The notes under the pieces were generated by a model. The model made no database searches. It was not told the origin of the DNA and saw only the letters and a program-made list of their open reading frames with translations. Below, piece after piece: positions 1-9,458 of a stretch of 64,000 nucleotides of DNA. The position numbers and the translations under genes were made by a program. Positions within the stretch are counted from its first letter, which is position 1. Every line of letters begins with the position of its first letter. This DNA is from an uncultured Fibrobacterota bacterium (GTDB lineage: Bacteria > Fibrobacterota > Chitinivibrionia > Chitinivibrionales > FEN-1185), in the NCBI GenBank assembly GCA_963753345.1, contig CAVWBU010000041.1, forward strand, positions 32,001-96,000, read 5' to 3'.

Positions 1-141
1 TTCTTTCTGGTGGGAGGCTTCTGCTGCGGGTTCAGTTCAACAGTTCTTTTGCGCGCCGGGTATCACCAGAGAAGCGAATACAGGAAGTGGAAGAAAGGCG
101 ATAGCGGCGCTCTTACCCTGGCGATTTCGTTCGAGTATTAG
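1..141 (+). CDS. 3' end of a hypothetical protein (partial)
   Basis: Frame 1 is open from the window edge: FFLVGGFCCGFSSTVLLRAGYHQRSEYRKWKKGDSGALTLAISFEY*, TAG at 139-141. Confidence 0.5.
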   Translation, partial: FFLVGGFCCGFSSTVLLRAGYHQRSEYRKWKKGDSGALTLAISFEY

Positions 142-262
142 CTGGACAAGAGGCAATCATCCTGAGCGACCTCCGGCGTATTCATTATGACCAGGATTGT
201 TCGTGACAGAAGCGCATCTGTCAAATCCTCTTCCGGGAATTGTTGATTCCCGTCTTGTCTTT

Positions 263-449
263 CGCGTCAGGCCGGACCGGAGGTCCCGCGAGAGCGGGAT
301 GCCGCCGGGATTTTCAAATGTAGATTGTAGAATGATGAATGTAGATTGAAAAAGTAGAACAATTGGTTTTGTTGCATTTCTATTCTACATTCTGCATTCT
401 ACATTCTACAATTATTGGGGCTGCCGTCTTCGGCGGGACGCCCAAATCT
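263..449. repeat. Structured intergenic repeat family 1, degenerate copy with its centre replaced by inverted 7-mer arrays
   Basis: Starts CGCGTCAGGCCGGACCGGAGGTCCCGCGAGAGCGGGATGCCGCC and ends GACGCCCAAATC like the other copies. AATGTAG-type array at 317-348 and ATTCTAC-type array at 382-412. Confidence 0.65.
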
Positions 450-527
450 TCGTTTTTGTTTCAAAAGTCTTGGCGCAAGCCACCATTGTCCGTCAACCTT
501 CCATCCCCTTTCTATTATATTATCCGC

Positions 528-1067
528 ATGCGGCCGGATATGAGGTCTCCTGCGGTTTCAGGTATGCTCTTGGGGGCTCTCGCGCTGTTTTCGGCTTTTT
601 TTTTGTCCTGCGCGCCTTCCCGAACCGTCAAGCCCGCGCCCGGCGATGAGCGGTCGGTCCCGGAGGTGCGCGGCGGGTGCGGAGACTGCAAAAGTTCGCC
701 GGACAGGCTCAAGAAGATCGTCGACTCCTATCTCGGCGTGCCTTACAAAACCGGCGGCATGAACAGGCGTGGGTTTGACTGTTCCGGATTCATCGTGACG
801 GTGTTCCGGGAATATAGCGGAGAGCGGCTTCCGCGCTCGACCAGGGAGCTTAAGCGGGTGGGGCGCAAGGTTTCCAAGAACGATGCCCGGCCCGGCGACC
901 TCGTCTTTGTCAAGGGAGGCGTTTTCGGGTCCATTAACCATGTGGGGATTTACATGGGAAACGGCGCGTTCGCGCACGCAAGCTCTTCGCATGGCGTCCG
1001 TTACGACAGGCTTGACGACGAGTATTACACAAAGCATTTTGCAATGATACGGAGGATTTTCCAATGA
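528..1067 (+). CDS. NlpC/P60 (C40) peptidoglycan endopeptidase lipoprotein
   Basis: Lipobox FFLSC; YLGVPY, GFDCSGF, GDLVF, HVGIY and FAHAS motifs. Start is ATG 528 or 540. Confidence 0.92.
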   Translation: MRPDMRSPAVSGMLLGALALFSAFFLSCAPSRTVKPAPGDERSVPEVRGGCGDCKSSPDRLKKIVDSYLGVPYKTGGMNRRGFDCSGFIVTVFREYSGERLPRSTRELKRVGRKVSKNDARPGDLVFVKGGVFGSINHVGIYMGNGAFAHASSSHGVRYDRLDDEYYTKHFAMIRRIFQ

Positions 1068-1915
1068 AGATCGCGTTTGCCGGCGAGCGGGGTGCGTTTT
1101 CCGAACTTGCCGCGTCACAGTACTTCGGGCCGCGCCACGCGCTGTCGGCGGTGCCCGAGTTCGACGACGTATTCGCGGCGGTGTCGCGCGGCAGGGCGCA
1201 GCGCGGCATTATCCCCATCGAAAACTCCCTCACGGGCAGCATCCACCAGAACTACGATTTGCTGCTCGAAAAAGAACTGTTCATTACGGGAGAGATTTTT
1301 CTCCGGGTGTCCCATTGCCTTATCGCGAACCACGGCGTGCGGCGGCACGACATCCGCCGGGTCTTTTCGCACCCGCAGGGGCTCGCCCAGTGCAGGAACT
1401 TTCTCGGAAAACTCCCGCAGGTGGAACGCGTTCCGGTCTCCAACACGGCCGTGGCGGTGCGGAAGATACGCGACGCCGGGCTTCTTGACGCGGCGGCAAT
1501 CGCCTCGCTCCAGGCCGCCATCGACTACGACATGAACGTGCTCGCGCACAACATCGAGGACAACAAGGCGAACATAACCCGCTTCCTCATCCTTTCCAAC
1601 GACTGCGCGCCGTCCCCGCAGAAGACCAAACACTACAAGACCTCCGTGGTGTTTTCGCTCAAGAACATCCCGGGCGCTCTGTTCCGGGCGCTCAGCGTTT
1701 TTGCGCTGCGCGACATCGACCTTCTCAAGATCGAATCGCGGCCCGTGCACGGCAAACCGTTCGAATACCTCTTTTACCTTGACTTTGCGGGAGACTGCCG
1801 CGACGAGCGCCAGGATAACGCCCTCAACCACCTGAAAGAAATCACCATGCTCATGCGGACCCTGGGTTCTTATGAGTGCGGGAAATTGGTGGATCCTGAT
1901 TATAAGAAGAGATAA
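1064..1915 (+). CDS. pheA: Prephenate dehydratase (monofunctional, with ACT domain)
   Basis: GERGAFSE, PIENSLTG, SHPQGLAQC, NITRF and KIESRP motifs; ATGA overlap with the upstream gene. Confidence 0.95.
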   Translation: MKIAFAGERGAFSELAASQYFGPRHALSAVPEFDDVFAAVSRGRAQRGIIPIENSLTGSIHQNYDLLLEKELFITGEIFLRVSHCLIANHGVRRHDIRRVFSHPQGLAQCRNFLGKLPQVERVPVSNTAVAVRKIRDAGLLDAAAIASLQAAIDYDMNVLAHNIEDNKANITRFLILSNDCAPSPQKTKHYKTSVVFSLKNIPGALFRALSVFALRDIDLLKIESRPVHGKPFEYLFYLDFAGDCRDERQDNALNHLKEITMLMRTLGSYECGKLVDPDYKKR

Positions 1916-1917
1916 GG

Positions 1918-2060
1918 GATTTGGGCGCCCCGCCGCTTTGCGGCGGCGGCCGTCCTTCCGGTCTCGGCCTTCGGCCTCGGGCCGCCTCGGCCCTATGCCG
2001 CAGTGGCGGCGGGTCCGGGCGGCACCGCGCTCTTGCGCGGCCTCCAGTTCTGCCTGGCGC
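1918..2060. repeat. Structured intergenic repeat family 1 (inverted relative to the other copies)
   Basis: GATTTGGGCG begins 3 nt after the pheA stop; the core is near-identical to the reverse complement of 12480-12552. Confidence 0.85.
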
Positions 2061-2180
2061 TTGGCAGAGGGAACTCTGCACAATCTCCACACGTCTGACT
2101 CATAAGAATTCGCGTACGCTGTCTAATGAGGATTCGAGTTGGCGCAAAAATCAATTCTTGACAGAATAGATTTCTGTTAC

Positions 2181-2348
2181 CGCGCGTTAGGTGGACCGGA
2201 GGGTGAGCGAGAGCGAATTGCCGCCCGATCCCTAGCCGAAGGCGGTTGGGACAGGCGGCAACGAGGCGAGCAGCCGAGTCCGAAGGGAGACCGACCCCTT
2301 TTCAGGGGTGCATGGATGCGCCCCTGAAAAGGGGGAACGCCCAAATCT
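2181..2348. repeat. Structured intergenic repeat family 1
   Basis: CGCGCGTTAGG...GGCAACGAGGCGAGCAGCCGAG...ACCGACC-hairpin-GAACGCCCAAATC. Confidence 0.85.
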
Positions 2349-2358
2349 TTTTTTCTAT

Positions 2359-4029
2359 TTATTCCTTTTTCCTCTTCAGCAATTCCTCCGCATGCTTCCT
2401 CGCTATCGCAGAATCTCCCCCAAGCATGCGTGCAATCTCTAACATCCGTTCCTCTTTGCCAAGCAGCTTCACCATGGTGACGGTGCGGCCGGCCTGCGCC
2501 TCCTTGTACACGTGGTACTGGCGGTCGGCCAGGGAGGCGATCTGGTGCAGGTGGGAAATGCAAAGCACCTGATGTGAGGCGCTGAGCGACGCGAGCGATT
2601 TCGCCACTTCGCCCGCGAGCACGCCGCCGATGCCGGAATCGATCTCGTCGAACACCAGGATGGGGACGTTGTCGTGCGTAGCGAGCACGGTCTTTATGGC
2701 GAGCATGAGGCGGGAGATCTCGCCGCCCGAGGCGATCTTGACAAGCGGCAGCAGCGCCTCGCCGGGATTGGTGCGCACGAGGAACTGCGCGTCCTCCATG
2801 CCCGCGGGCTGCGGCGCGTCAAAGGATGTGAAACACGTTTCCCATTGCCCGCCGGTAAAGCCAAGCGTCGCCATTTCCGCGGTGATGGCGCGGTCGAACA
2901 CCGCCGCGTGCTTTCTGCGGCCAGTCGAGAGCGCCCTGCCGGCCTTTACGCAGGCGTCAAGCGCGGCCTTTTCTGCCTTGGCAAGCTCCTCCCGGTCGGC
3001 GCCGGCGGCCGCAAGCGCGCTAAGGTCGGACGCCAATTGCTTTTCTTTCGCAATGAGGCCGTCGAAGTCGACACCGTATTTCTTCTTGAGCCGCTGGATT
3101 TTGGCGAGACGCGCATTGATGGCGTCAAGCTGCGCCGGGTCCATGGCGGCGCCGGCCTTTTCGAGGTAGGCCCCGCAATACGACTCAAGCGCCGAGAAAA
3201 CCGAGGCAGGCGCCGCCAGGTCGGCAAGCCAGGGCAAGGCGGTCGAATCGTACCGTACAAGAGTTTCCAGGCTTTTCCGGATAACGCCGATCTGCCGGCC
3301 GATACCGGTTTCGTCGGCGGCAAGAATGTCGTTGATCTTCGAGACACATTCCAGCCGCTGCGCCGACGAGGACAGGAGCGTGAGCTCCTGTTCGAGCCTG
3401 GCCTCCTCGCCCGGAGCAAGGTTCAGGCCCTTGAGTTCGTTGTGGGCAAATTCAATAACGTCTCTGCGGGCAGCAAGGTCTGCGGCCAGTCTGTCGTGCG
3501 CAGCAAGGTTCTCACGTGCCGCCACGTACGCGCCGTACCGACCGGCATAGTCGGCGGCCGGACCCGCAACGCCCGGAAGCTCGTCGATGGTGCGCCGCGC
3601 GGTTTCCGGATCGAGCAACGACTGGTGCTCGTGCTGGCCGTGAAAATCGACCAGCAGGTCGCCCACGCTCTTGAGCACCGACAGCGGCAGCGGCACCTGA
3701 TTGACATACACGCGGTTCTTGCCGCTGCGCGAAATCACGCGCCGCACGATGCACTCCCCTCCCTCGCGGGGAATACCGTTTGCGTCGAGCAGGCTGCCGA
3801 GCGGCTTTCGCATTTCGTTAAGTTCAAACACGCCGCTCACTTCTGCCTCGTCGAACCCGCCGCGCACCTGTTCGCTCGATGCGCGCTCGCCCAGGAGGAG
3901 CCCTATGGCGCCCACGAGTATCGACTTGCCGGCACCGGTCTCGCCTGTAAAGACGGAAAGCCCCTTGGAGAACTCAACGTGGACGTCCTCGATGAGGGCA
4001 AGGTTCCTGATGCGCAGTTCCCGGATCAT
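2359..4029 (-). CDS. recN: DNA repair protein RecN
   Basis: Walker A TGETGAGKS, HGQHEHQ, ASGGEISR, FDEIDSG, EIARMLGG; follows NAD kinase, a conserved gene order. Confidence 0.97.
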   Translation of the reverse strand: MIRELRIRNLALIEDVHVEFSKGLSVFTGETGAGKSILVGAIGLLLGERASSEQVRGGFDEAEVSGVFELNEMRKPLGSLLDANGIPREGGECIVRRVISRSGKNRVYVNQVPLPLSVLKSVGDLLVDFHGQHEHQSLLDPETARRTIDELPGVAGPAADYAGRYGAYVAARENLAAHDRLAADLAARRDVIEFAHNELKGLNLAPGEEARLEQELTLLSSSAQRLECVSKINDILAADETGIGRQIGVIRKSLETLVRYDSTALPWLADLAAPASVFSALESYCGAYLEKAGAAMDPAQLDAINARLAKIQRLKKKYGVDFDGLIAKEKQLASDLSALAAAGADREELAKAEKAALDACVKAGRALSTGRRKHAAVFDRAITAEMATLGFTGGQWETCFTSFDAPQPAGMEDAQFLVRTNPGEALLPLVKIASGGEISRLMLAIKTVLATHDNVPILVFDEIDSGIGGVLAGEVAKSLASLSASHQVLCISHLHQIASLADRQYHVYKEAQAGRTVTMVKLLGKEERMLEIARMLGGDSAIARKHAEELLKRKKE

Positions 4030-4922
4030 TCCTCGGGTCTTTCGCTGGCCTTGTGGTCCTTGCCCCACCCGAGCTTGCAGCGGAGCAGATCGAAATGCGA
4101 CCGCCCCGACAATTGCAGCAGGTTGGTCTGGTCTCCGCAGTAGTTGACAAGCACCTCGTCGCCGCTCTTGAGACGCATGTTGTCGATGCCGTCAGCGCTG
4201 AGCACGGTCTCGGCGCTGTCTTGGCTCACCACGATCCGCACCGGCTTGTCGCAGGGGAGAATAAGCGGCCGCTCCGTGAGCGAATGCGGGCATATGGGCG
4301 TGAGCAGCAGTGCCTTGACCGAGGGATCGACAATGGGCCCGCCCGCGGCGAGCGAATACGCGGTTGATCCCGAGGGCGAGGCGACGATGAGTCCGTCGGC
4401 CACGAATTCGGAGATGTACCGGTCCCCGCTCCACGCCTTAAGCGACATGAGCTTGGGCTTGTCGCTGCGGTTGACAAAAACGTCGTTGAGCGCGCGCATG
4501 CTTGTTATTTCGACGCCGGCCCTGAGCACCTTTGCCTCCAGCAGCATGCGGGTGAAGGTGGAAAAGTCGCCTTTCGCAATCCGGTCGAGGTCGGCCTCGA
4601 GGGTCTCAATGCCTATGTCGGTGAGAAAGCCCAATCCGCCGGTGTTGATGCCGACGACCGGCTTCCCGGAAAAATGCGACAGGTGCACGGTCGACAGAAA
4701 CGTCCCGTCGCCTCCCACCGACACGAGAATGTCGCTTTTCGCAAGCAGCTCCTCCTCGCTTCGGCACACGCGCGGATCGTTCGGGATGTGGATCGCGAGC
4801 GCGGGATGAAACAGCACGGGCTTGCCGGCCTTCTGAGACCACGCGATGATGCGGTCGAGAGCGGAATTGACCTTCGGTGATTTTTTAAACGCAACGATGC
4901 CGAAGGAAGTGATTGGTTTCAT
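4026..4922 (-). CDS. nadK: NAD kinase
   Basis: GGDGTFL, GIN-x-GGLGFL, ALND, ADGLIVASPSGSTAYSLAAGGP, PICPHSL. Confidence 0.96.
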   Translation of the reverse strand: MKPITSFGIVAFKKSPKVNSALDRIIAWSQKAGKPVLFHPALAIHIPNDPRVCRSEEELLAKSDILVSVGGDGTFLSTVHLSHFSGKPVVGINTGGLGFLTDIGIETLEADLDRIAKGDFSTFTRMLLEAKVLRAGVEITSMRALNDVFVNRSDKPKLMSLKAWSGDRYISEFVADGLIVASPSGSTAYSLAAGGPIVDPSVKALLLTPICPHSLTERPLILPCDKPVRIVVSQDSAETVLSADGIDNMRLKSGDEVLVNYCGDQTNLLQLSGRSHFDLLRCKLGWGKDHKASERPEE

Positions 4923-5009
4923 GAGATGATCCTTGGCAGAAAAGAGAGTGATAAAGAGACAAAGCGACAATGTGAACAACCGTTTGACCTTAATTGGTTT
5001 TTTCCCTAT

Positions 5010-5047
5010 AACCTCACCCCCGGCCCCTCTCCCACGGGGAGAGGGGA
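5010..5047. repeat. REP-like palindrome
   Basis: AACCTCACCCCCGGCCCCTCTCCCACGGGGAGAGGGG; near-identical copy at 60698-60736. Confidence 0.75.
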
Positions 5048-5130
5048 ACTGTCATGTCAAAAATGTTTTGAATCCACTTGAGTGCATTGTCTTTTCTTTA
5101 ACCGCTCTCCGTGGGTGCCGCTGCAGGAAG

Positions 5131-5220
5131 AAAGTGACAAAGTAACAAAGTGACAAAGTAATTCTTTGTTTCCAACTTTTCAACGCTTCAACTTTTCAAC
5201 GTTTCAACGTTTTTTCAACT
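5131..5220. repeat. Octamer tandem arrays
   Basis: AAAGTRAC x4 (5131-5161) and CAACNNTT x5 (5173-5220). Confidence 0.7.
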
Positions 5221-5420
5221 GCTCTCTGTGGGTGCCGCCGCAACAATGCATGGTCTTGCCGCTGCTTTGTCAAGGCGGTCACCCTGGAGGGGGTAGCGCA
5301 GGACCGGCCGCGCATGTTCAAATTACTGGTTTGTAAAGGAGCGCGGCCGGGCCGAAGCGAGGGGGACGACCCTTGGAAGTACCCGACGGGGTAAACTTCC
5401 CCCACAAGCAAATTTAAATC
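5212..5420. repeat. Structured intergenic repeat family 2 (copy 1)
   Basis: About 200 bp, alignable by eye to 60763-60950 (GTGGGTGCCGCC...TCAAGGCGGTCACCC...GGGGTAGCGCAGGACCGGCCG...CGGCCGGGCCG..GCGAGGGGGA). Confidence 0.85.
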
Positions 5421-6766
5421 TAATCCCTAAATTCACAAATCGACTCAAGCATCTCCCTGAATCTCGGCCACCGCCTCACAATCGCCTCGTCATTGATTTT
5501 TGTTTTTCCCATGCAGCGCAGCCCGGCCGCGGCAAAGCTCGCCGCGATGTGCGCGGGCAGGTGCTCCGACATATCGAAGCCGTCGAACTGGCGTCCTCCG
5601 TCGACAACGAGGCCGTCGGGCATCTCGCCGTGACGCGCACCCAGAAGGTTTACACATGAGAGTATCTGGGCGATGCCGTCCGGCTCGTCGCTGCGCAGGT
5701 CGGCAAGTCCGCGGAACACCGTCTGGCCGTCGCCGTAGGCCGCGAGCACCACCATGGCCGGCAGCTGGGGCACATACTGGAACAGCGGCTCGCAGTCCAC
5801 TTTCCTGCCGCTGTGGCCGCTCTTGACAATCGAGACGGTTCCGCACGATCCGAAAGAAGTCGCGCCCGTTTCCTGCGTGGCGATTGCGCCGCCCATCTTT
5901 TTGAACAGCGACAGCGTTGCCGTGTTCCACGATTCGAGCCCGGCATTTTCAATGATCAGGCTTCCCCTGGGGACAATGCATTTCGCAACGGCGAATATCG
6001 CGCCGAGCACGTCGTCCCCGGGCACGGTGATCTCGGGCTGCATTTCATCGCGCTTCGAAAAATCGGCCGCAACGGTGAACGTGACCGGCCCCTCGGACTT
6101 CTTGCCGGTCTGCATGAAGCGCATGCGCCGCACGAGCGGGTCCTCGTTTTTGTCGCGCAGGCTGTTGGTTACCGACAGCGTGTAGCCGAACGCGGGCAGC
6201 ACATGCCGCAGCGGACTGGCAAACACCGTGTCGGTGGTAAGCGACACCGCCCGGCCGAGCCCCAGCGCAAGTCCCAGAATCGGGTGCGCCTCGTCGATGT
6301 TTCTCACCGTGTCGCGCACCCGGAAGGCTTCCCCTCCGTCAAGATGCATGGTCGTTTTTCCGTTCGTTGCGGCAATAGCAAGGGTGCAGCCGAGGTCGGC
6401 GGAAAGTTTTGTCCACGCTGCAAGCCTGGCGGGCGGCAGCGGGTCTACGACCATGGTCTTGCCCAGCCCCAGAAGCGCGAACACCGCGAAATCGCGATAG
6501 GGTATTTCGTCGTACGACAGCGTGACCGGCGCGGCATTCGCATCTTCTACGGGCCGCACGACGCAGCTTCCCGCGTCGCAGGCAAAGACGGCGTGGCCGG
6601 CGAGCGCCTTTTCCCACCACGGCACAAGGGGTATGTCGGCAAGCGGCGATATTCTGGCCGCTGTCTTCGCCGCGAGCGCGATGATAATGCTTGTGAAGAA
6701 AAGATCTCCCGACGGCGGAAGCCGCACCGATCCCTTTATCTCCCTTGCGGGCCTGATTTCCAGCAC
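5420..6766 (-). CDS. aroA: EPSP synthase (AroA)-like protein with degenerate catalytic motifs
   Basis: AroA-like N-terminus (IKGSVRLP), VPGD, GQTVFRGLADLR and C-terminal WPRF; directly downstream of tyrA. GTG start at 6766. PGSKS, KETDR and DHR motifs are absent. Confidence 0.75.
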   Translation of the reverse strand: MLEIRPAREIKGSVRLPPSGDLFFTSIIIALAAKTAARISPLADIPLVPWWEKALAGHAVFACDAGSCVVRPVEDANAAPVTLSYDEIPYRDFAVFALLGLGKTMVVDPLPPARLAAWTKLSADLGCTLAIAATNGKTTMHLDGGEAFRVRDTVRNIDEAHPILGLALGLGRAVSLTTDTVFASPLRHVLPAFGYTLSVTNSLRDKNEDPLVRRMRFMQTGKKSEGPVTFTVAADFSKRDEMQPEITVPGDDVLGAIFAVAKCIVPRGSLIIENAGLESWNTATLSLFKKMGGAIATQETGATSFGSCGTVSIVKSGHSGRKVDCEPLFQYVPQLPAMVVLAAYGDGQTVFRGLADLRSDEPDGIAQILSCVNLLGARHGEMPDGLVVDGGRQFDGFDMSEHLPAHIAASFAAAGLRCMGKTKINDEAIVRRWPRFREMLESICEFRD

Positions 6767-6767
6767 G

Positions 6768-7892
6768 CTACTCCCTTTCCCACGTCGTGATGCCGAGGTT
6801 TTTGAAAAGCTCAACCACCCGGCGCGCAGTGTCGCGCGATTCAAACGCCAGCCGGATCGTGCCGGCTTCGTTCTCCCTCACCTTGAGCACCTCGATGTCC
6901 TTGATGTTGATGTTTTCCTTTGCGCAGGCGTTGGCCATGAGCGCGATCATGCCGGGCTGGTCCTTTACAACTACGAACACCTCGGACAGCGCGCCGATGA
7001 AACCCTTGCTCGACCGCGGGATCTTCGCGCGCGTTTCGGCCGCGGCGTTGAACGCCTTGTCGAGACCGTCGCGCAGCAGGAGTTCCTTCATGGCAAGCAG
7101 CGCCGCGGCGAACTCGTCGATGAGCGGCGCGATGCGCTCCTTGTTGGTCGACAGGATGTCGCGCCACAGGGCGTACGGCGACGACGCGATGCGCGTCATG
7201 TCGCGGAAGCCGCCCGCGGCCAGCGCAAGCGTCCCCGGCGACCTGCCGTCCATGGCCGCGGCGGCATTCACCAGCGCGACGGCCAGGATGTGCGGAAGGT
7301 GGCTCACCGCCGCCGCGATGGTGTCGTGCGCTTCGGGCGAGAGCCGCACGTGTTTGCAGCCGAGATTTGCTTCGAGAAAACGCGCAAAGCCGTCCGCAAC
7401 GGGCGCAGGAACGCTGTCCCCGGGCGTCAGAACGTAGATCGCGTCCTGGAAGAGATACGGGTCGGCCGACGACGGGCCGCGCTTTTCCGACCCGGCCATG
7501 GGGTGGCCGCCGACAAAATGCACGCCGGGCGGAAGGAAGCGCCGCGCCGCGGCGACGATTTCACTCTTGGTGCTCCCGACGTCGGTGACGATGCAGCCGG
7601 CGGGAAGCCGAAGCTTCCCCAGCCGTTCGAGCGCCGCAATGATGCCGTGTATGGGCGAGCACAGGAACAGGCAGCCGGTCGATTGTATCACTGTGTCAAG
7701 CGCGTCGTAGCCGTGCCCTTCGTCGATGCAGCCGAGCGACTTCGCGGCGCGAATGGCCTGCTCCGACGAAAGGCCGACAATGCGTCCCTTGTATCCCGAC
7801 GCCTTGAGGGCAAGCCCTATGGAACCGCCGAGAAGCCCGACGCTGTAAATGGTGACGGTCTTCGGCGAGAATGCGTCCTGCCGCCGGTTCAT
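6768..7892 (-). CDS. tyrA: Prephenate dehydrogenase with C-terminal ACT domain
   Basis: GLLGGS, TDVGSTK, GGHPMAGSE, SHLPH, GFRDMTRIA; ACT motif DQPG. Confidence 0.95.
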   Translation of the reverse strand: MNRRQDAFSPKTVTIYSVGLLGGSIGLALKASGYKGRIVGLSSEQAIRAAKSLGCIDEGHGYDALDTVIQSTGCLFLCSPIHGIIAALERLGKLRLPAGCIVTDVGSTKSEIVAAARRFLPPGVHFVGGHPMAGSEKRGPSSADPYLFQDAIYVLTPGDSVPAPVADGFARFLEANLGCKHVRLSPEAHDTIAAAVSHLPHILAVALVNAAAAMDGRSPGTLALAAGGFRDMTRIASSPYALWRDILSTNKERIAPLIDEFAAALLAMKELLLRDGLDKAFNAAAETRAKIPRSSKGFIGALSEVFVVVKDQPGMIALMANACAKENINIKDIEVLKVRENEAGTIRLAFESRDTARRVVELFKNLGITTWERE

Positions 7893-8644
7893 AGCGGGTC
7901 CGGCGTCCTGTTGAGCAGATACTTCACTTCGCCCTCTTTGGTAAGCGGAATAATGCAATCGCGGTAGAACCCGAGCACCGTGTCCGGATCGACCACGTGC
8001 CTGCTCGTGCGATTCACGCGCGCCTGGGCCGAGCAGACCTTTGCACGGATCCGTTCAACGATGCGGTCTTCGATGTCGGGCCGCGTGAGCAGGGCGAGGA
8101 GTCCGCCCGCGTCTTTCGCGCGCATCAGCCTCGTGTACAGCCGTTTGTCGCGCAGAAACTTGCTTTCTGCGACGTACAGTGCGCCGTAGTGGATGCGGCG
8201 CGCAATGGCCTGCAGGGCGTACACGTCGTGCTCCACGCTCGATCCGTAGTTGGCGTCGTCGCCTTTTCTGCATAGCAGCGGCACCAGGCCCAGGTAGGCC
8301 GGCATGATCTTCGCGGAAAGGTTGACCGCATTAATGTCCTCGATGCACAGCCCCGTGGGCGGAAGGTGCACCTTCCGCCTCGGCCTTGGCAGCCGGCTGC
8401 AGAACGGACGCTCCTCGGCGACGCAGAAGCGGCCGAACCGCGCGTCCATTTCCTCCTGAAATCGGACCCTGAGCGAGAACAGGCTTTGCCGGGCTGCGCC
8501 GGTGAATCCGCTCCGGCCCGGCAGGTACACGACCGGATTGTGCCGGAATTGCGCTCTGTCAATGAGCTTGAAGATGATGGTCTCCTCGAGCCCCTCGAGC
8601 AGCGTCGTTATCCTTTCCAGGTCGAAATTGCCGCTTGCGGTCAT
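7889..8644 (-). CDS. Chorismate mutase, eukaryotic (yeast Aro7/plant) type
   Basis: LEETIIFKLIDRAQF, LQAIARRIHYG, VAESKF and IIPLTKEGEVKYLL match the Aro7-type pattern; in an operon with tyrA. Confidence 0.88.
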   Translation of the reverse strand: MTASGNFDLERITTLLEGLEETIIFKLIDRAQFRHNPVVYLPGRSGFTGAARQSLFSLRVRFQEEMDARFGRFCVAEERPFCSRLPRPRRKVHLPPTGLCIEDINAVNLSAKIMPAYLGLVPLLCRKGDDANYGSSVEHDVYALQAIARRIHYGALYVAESKFLRDKRLYTRLMRAKDAGGLLALLTRPDIEDRIVERIRAKVCSAQARVNRTSRHVVDPDTVLGFYRDCIIPLTKEGEVKYLLNRTPDPL

Positions 8645-8826
8645 GGTGCGCCTTGGGTACGGTTGGGAAAAGTGTAATTGTTAAATATAAATGTTTGCTG
8701 TTTGACCAAGGCGGTTTGGGAGGATCGAGAAAGGACCTCTTGTCCTGCGACCCCGGCCAAATAATTCGCTCCTTCGACCCGTAATTCAATGATATGAAGG
8801 AGTGGGTAAGGTGAAAGGGGGCGACG

Positions 8827-9291
8827 ATGCGTACCGTAATTTACGGAATCTTGTTGTTGTTGCTCATAAGTTTCATTACGGGAAGTGTTCCCAACGAGGA
8901 CCGGTTTGTGATACCTGTGGAGAACGGGACGCCGGTTTTCCTGAATAACCCGAGGGCAACTGATGAGCAACCAGTATTTGCCGTGGGAACTACCGACAGG
9001 CTCATGGTGCTCGAATCCAAGGCAGAGGTTTACAAGGTGAGCGACCTAAAGGGAAATGTCGGATGGGTGGACAAAAGGTCGGTAAGTCCGATTCATCCGA
9101 CGGTGTCGATGGTCTTTGGTGACGCGAGCATCCAGGGATACCTTGATAATCCGGTGCCGGTGTACATTCTGGACGCCAACAATCCTTCAGCGGAGCCTCT
9201 GAAGCTTGAAAGATCGTTCGCGGCAGAATTGAAGGAAAATGTCGACCGCATGACTATCGAGCGGATAGTGGGCGAAGACGTGGCGCAATAG
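8827..9291 (+). CDS. Exported SH3-like domain protein
   Basis: N-terminal signal peptide; YKV...GNVGWV motif typical of bacterial SH3 domains. Confidence 0.6.
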   Translation: MRTVIYGILLLLLISFITGSVPNEDRFVIPVENGTPVFLNNPRATDEQPVFAVGTTDRLMVLESKAEVYKVSDLKGNVGWVDKRSVSPIHPTVSMVFGDASIQGYLDNPVPVYILDANNPSAEPLKLERSFAAELKENVDRMTIERIVGEDVAQ

Positions 9292-9458
9292 AGCGGACCA
9301 CAACCTCGTTGCGGCGGACGTGATCTCATCGGTGCTTGGTAAAAACGGTAGAAAGCCGCACGTACTTCTACTCAGCCGTTGTTCATTTTGGTGAATATAT
9401 TATATTTATTGAGGACAGGATCATCAATCGAACGGCACCAGTGAAGGAGCCACGTGTA

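Noticed and set aside
317-412. Short repeat arrays as CRISPR
   Set aside because: Units are 7-8 bp and contiguous, with no unique spacers and no cas genes in the window.
2674-4143. Long antisense or alternate-frame ORFs (for example 2674-4143, 6522-7967, 17489-18694, 58847-60688, 62393-63691)
   Set aside because: Shadows of well-supported genes in GC-rich DNA, with no motifs of their own.
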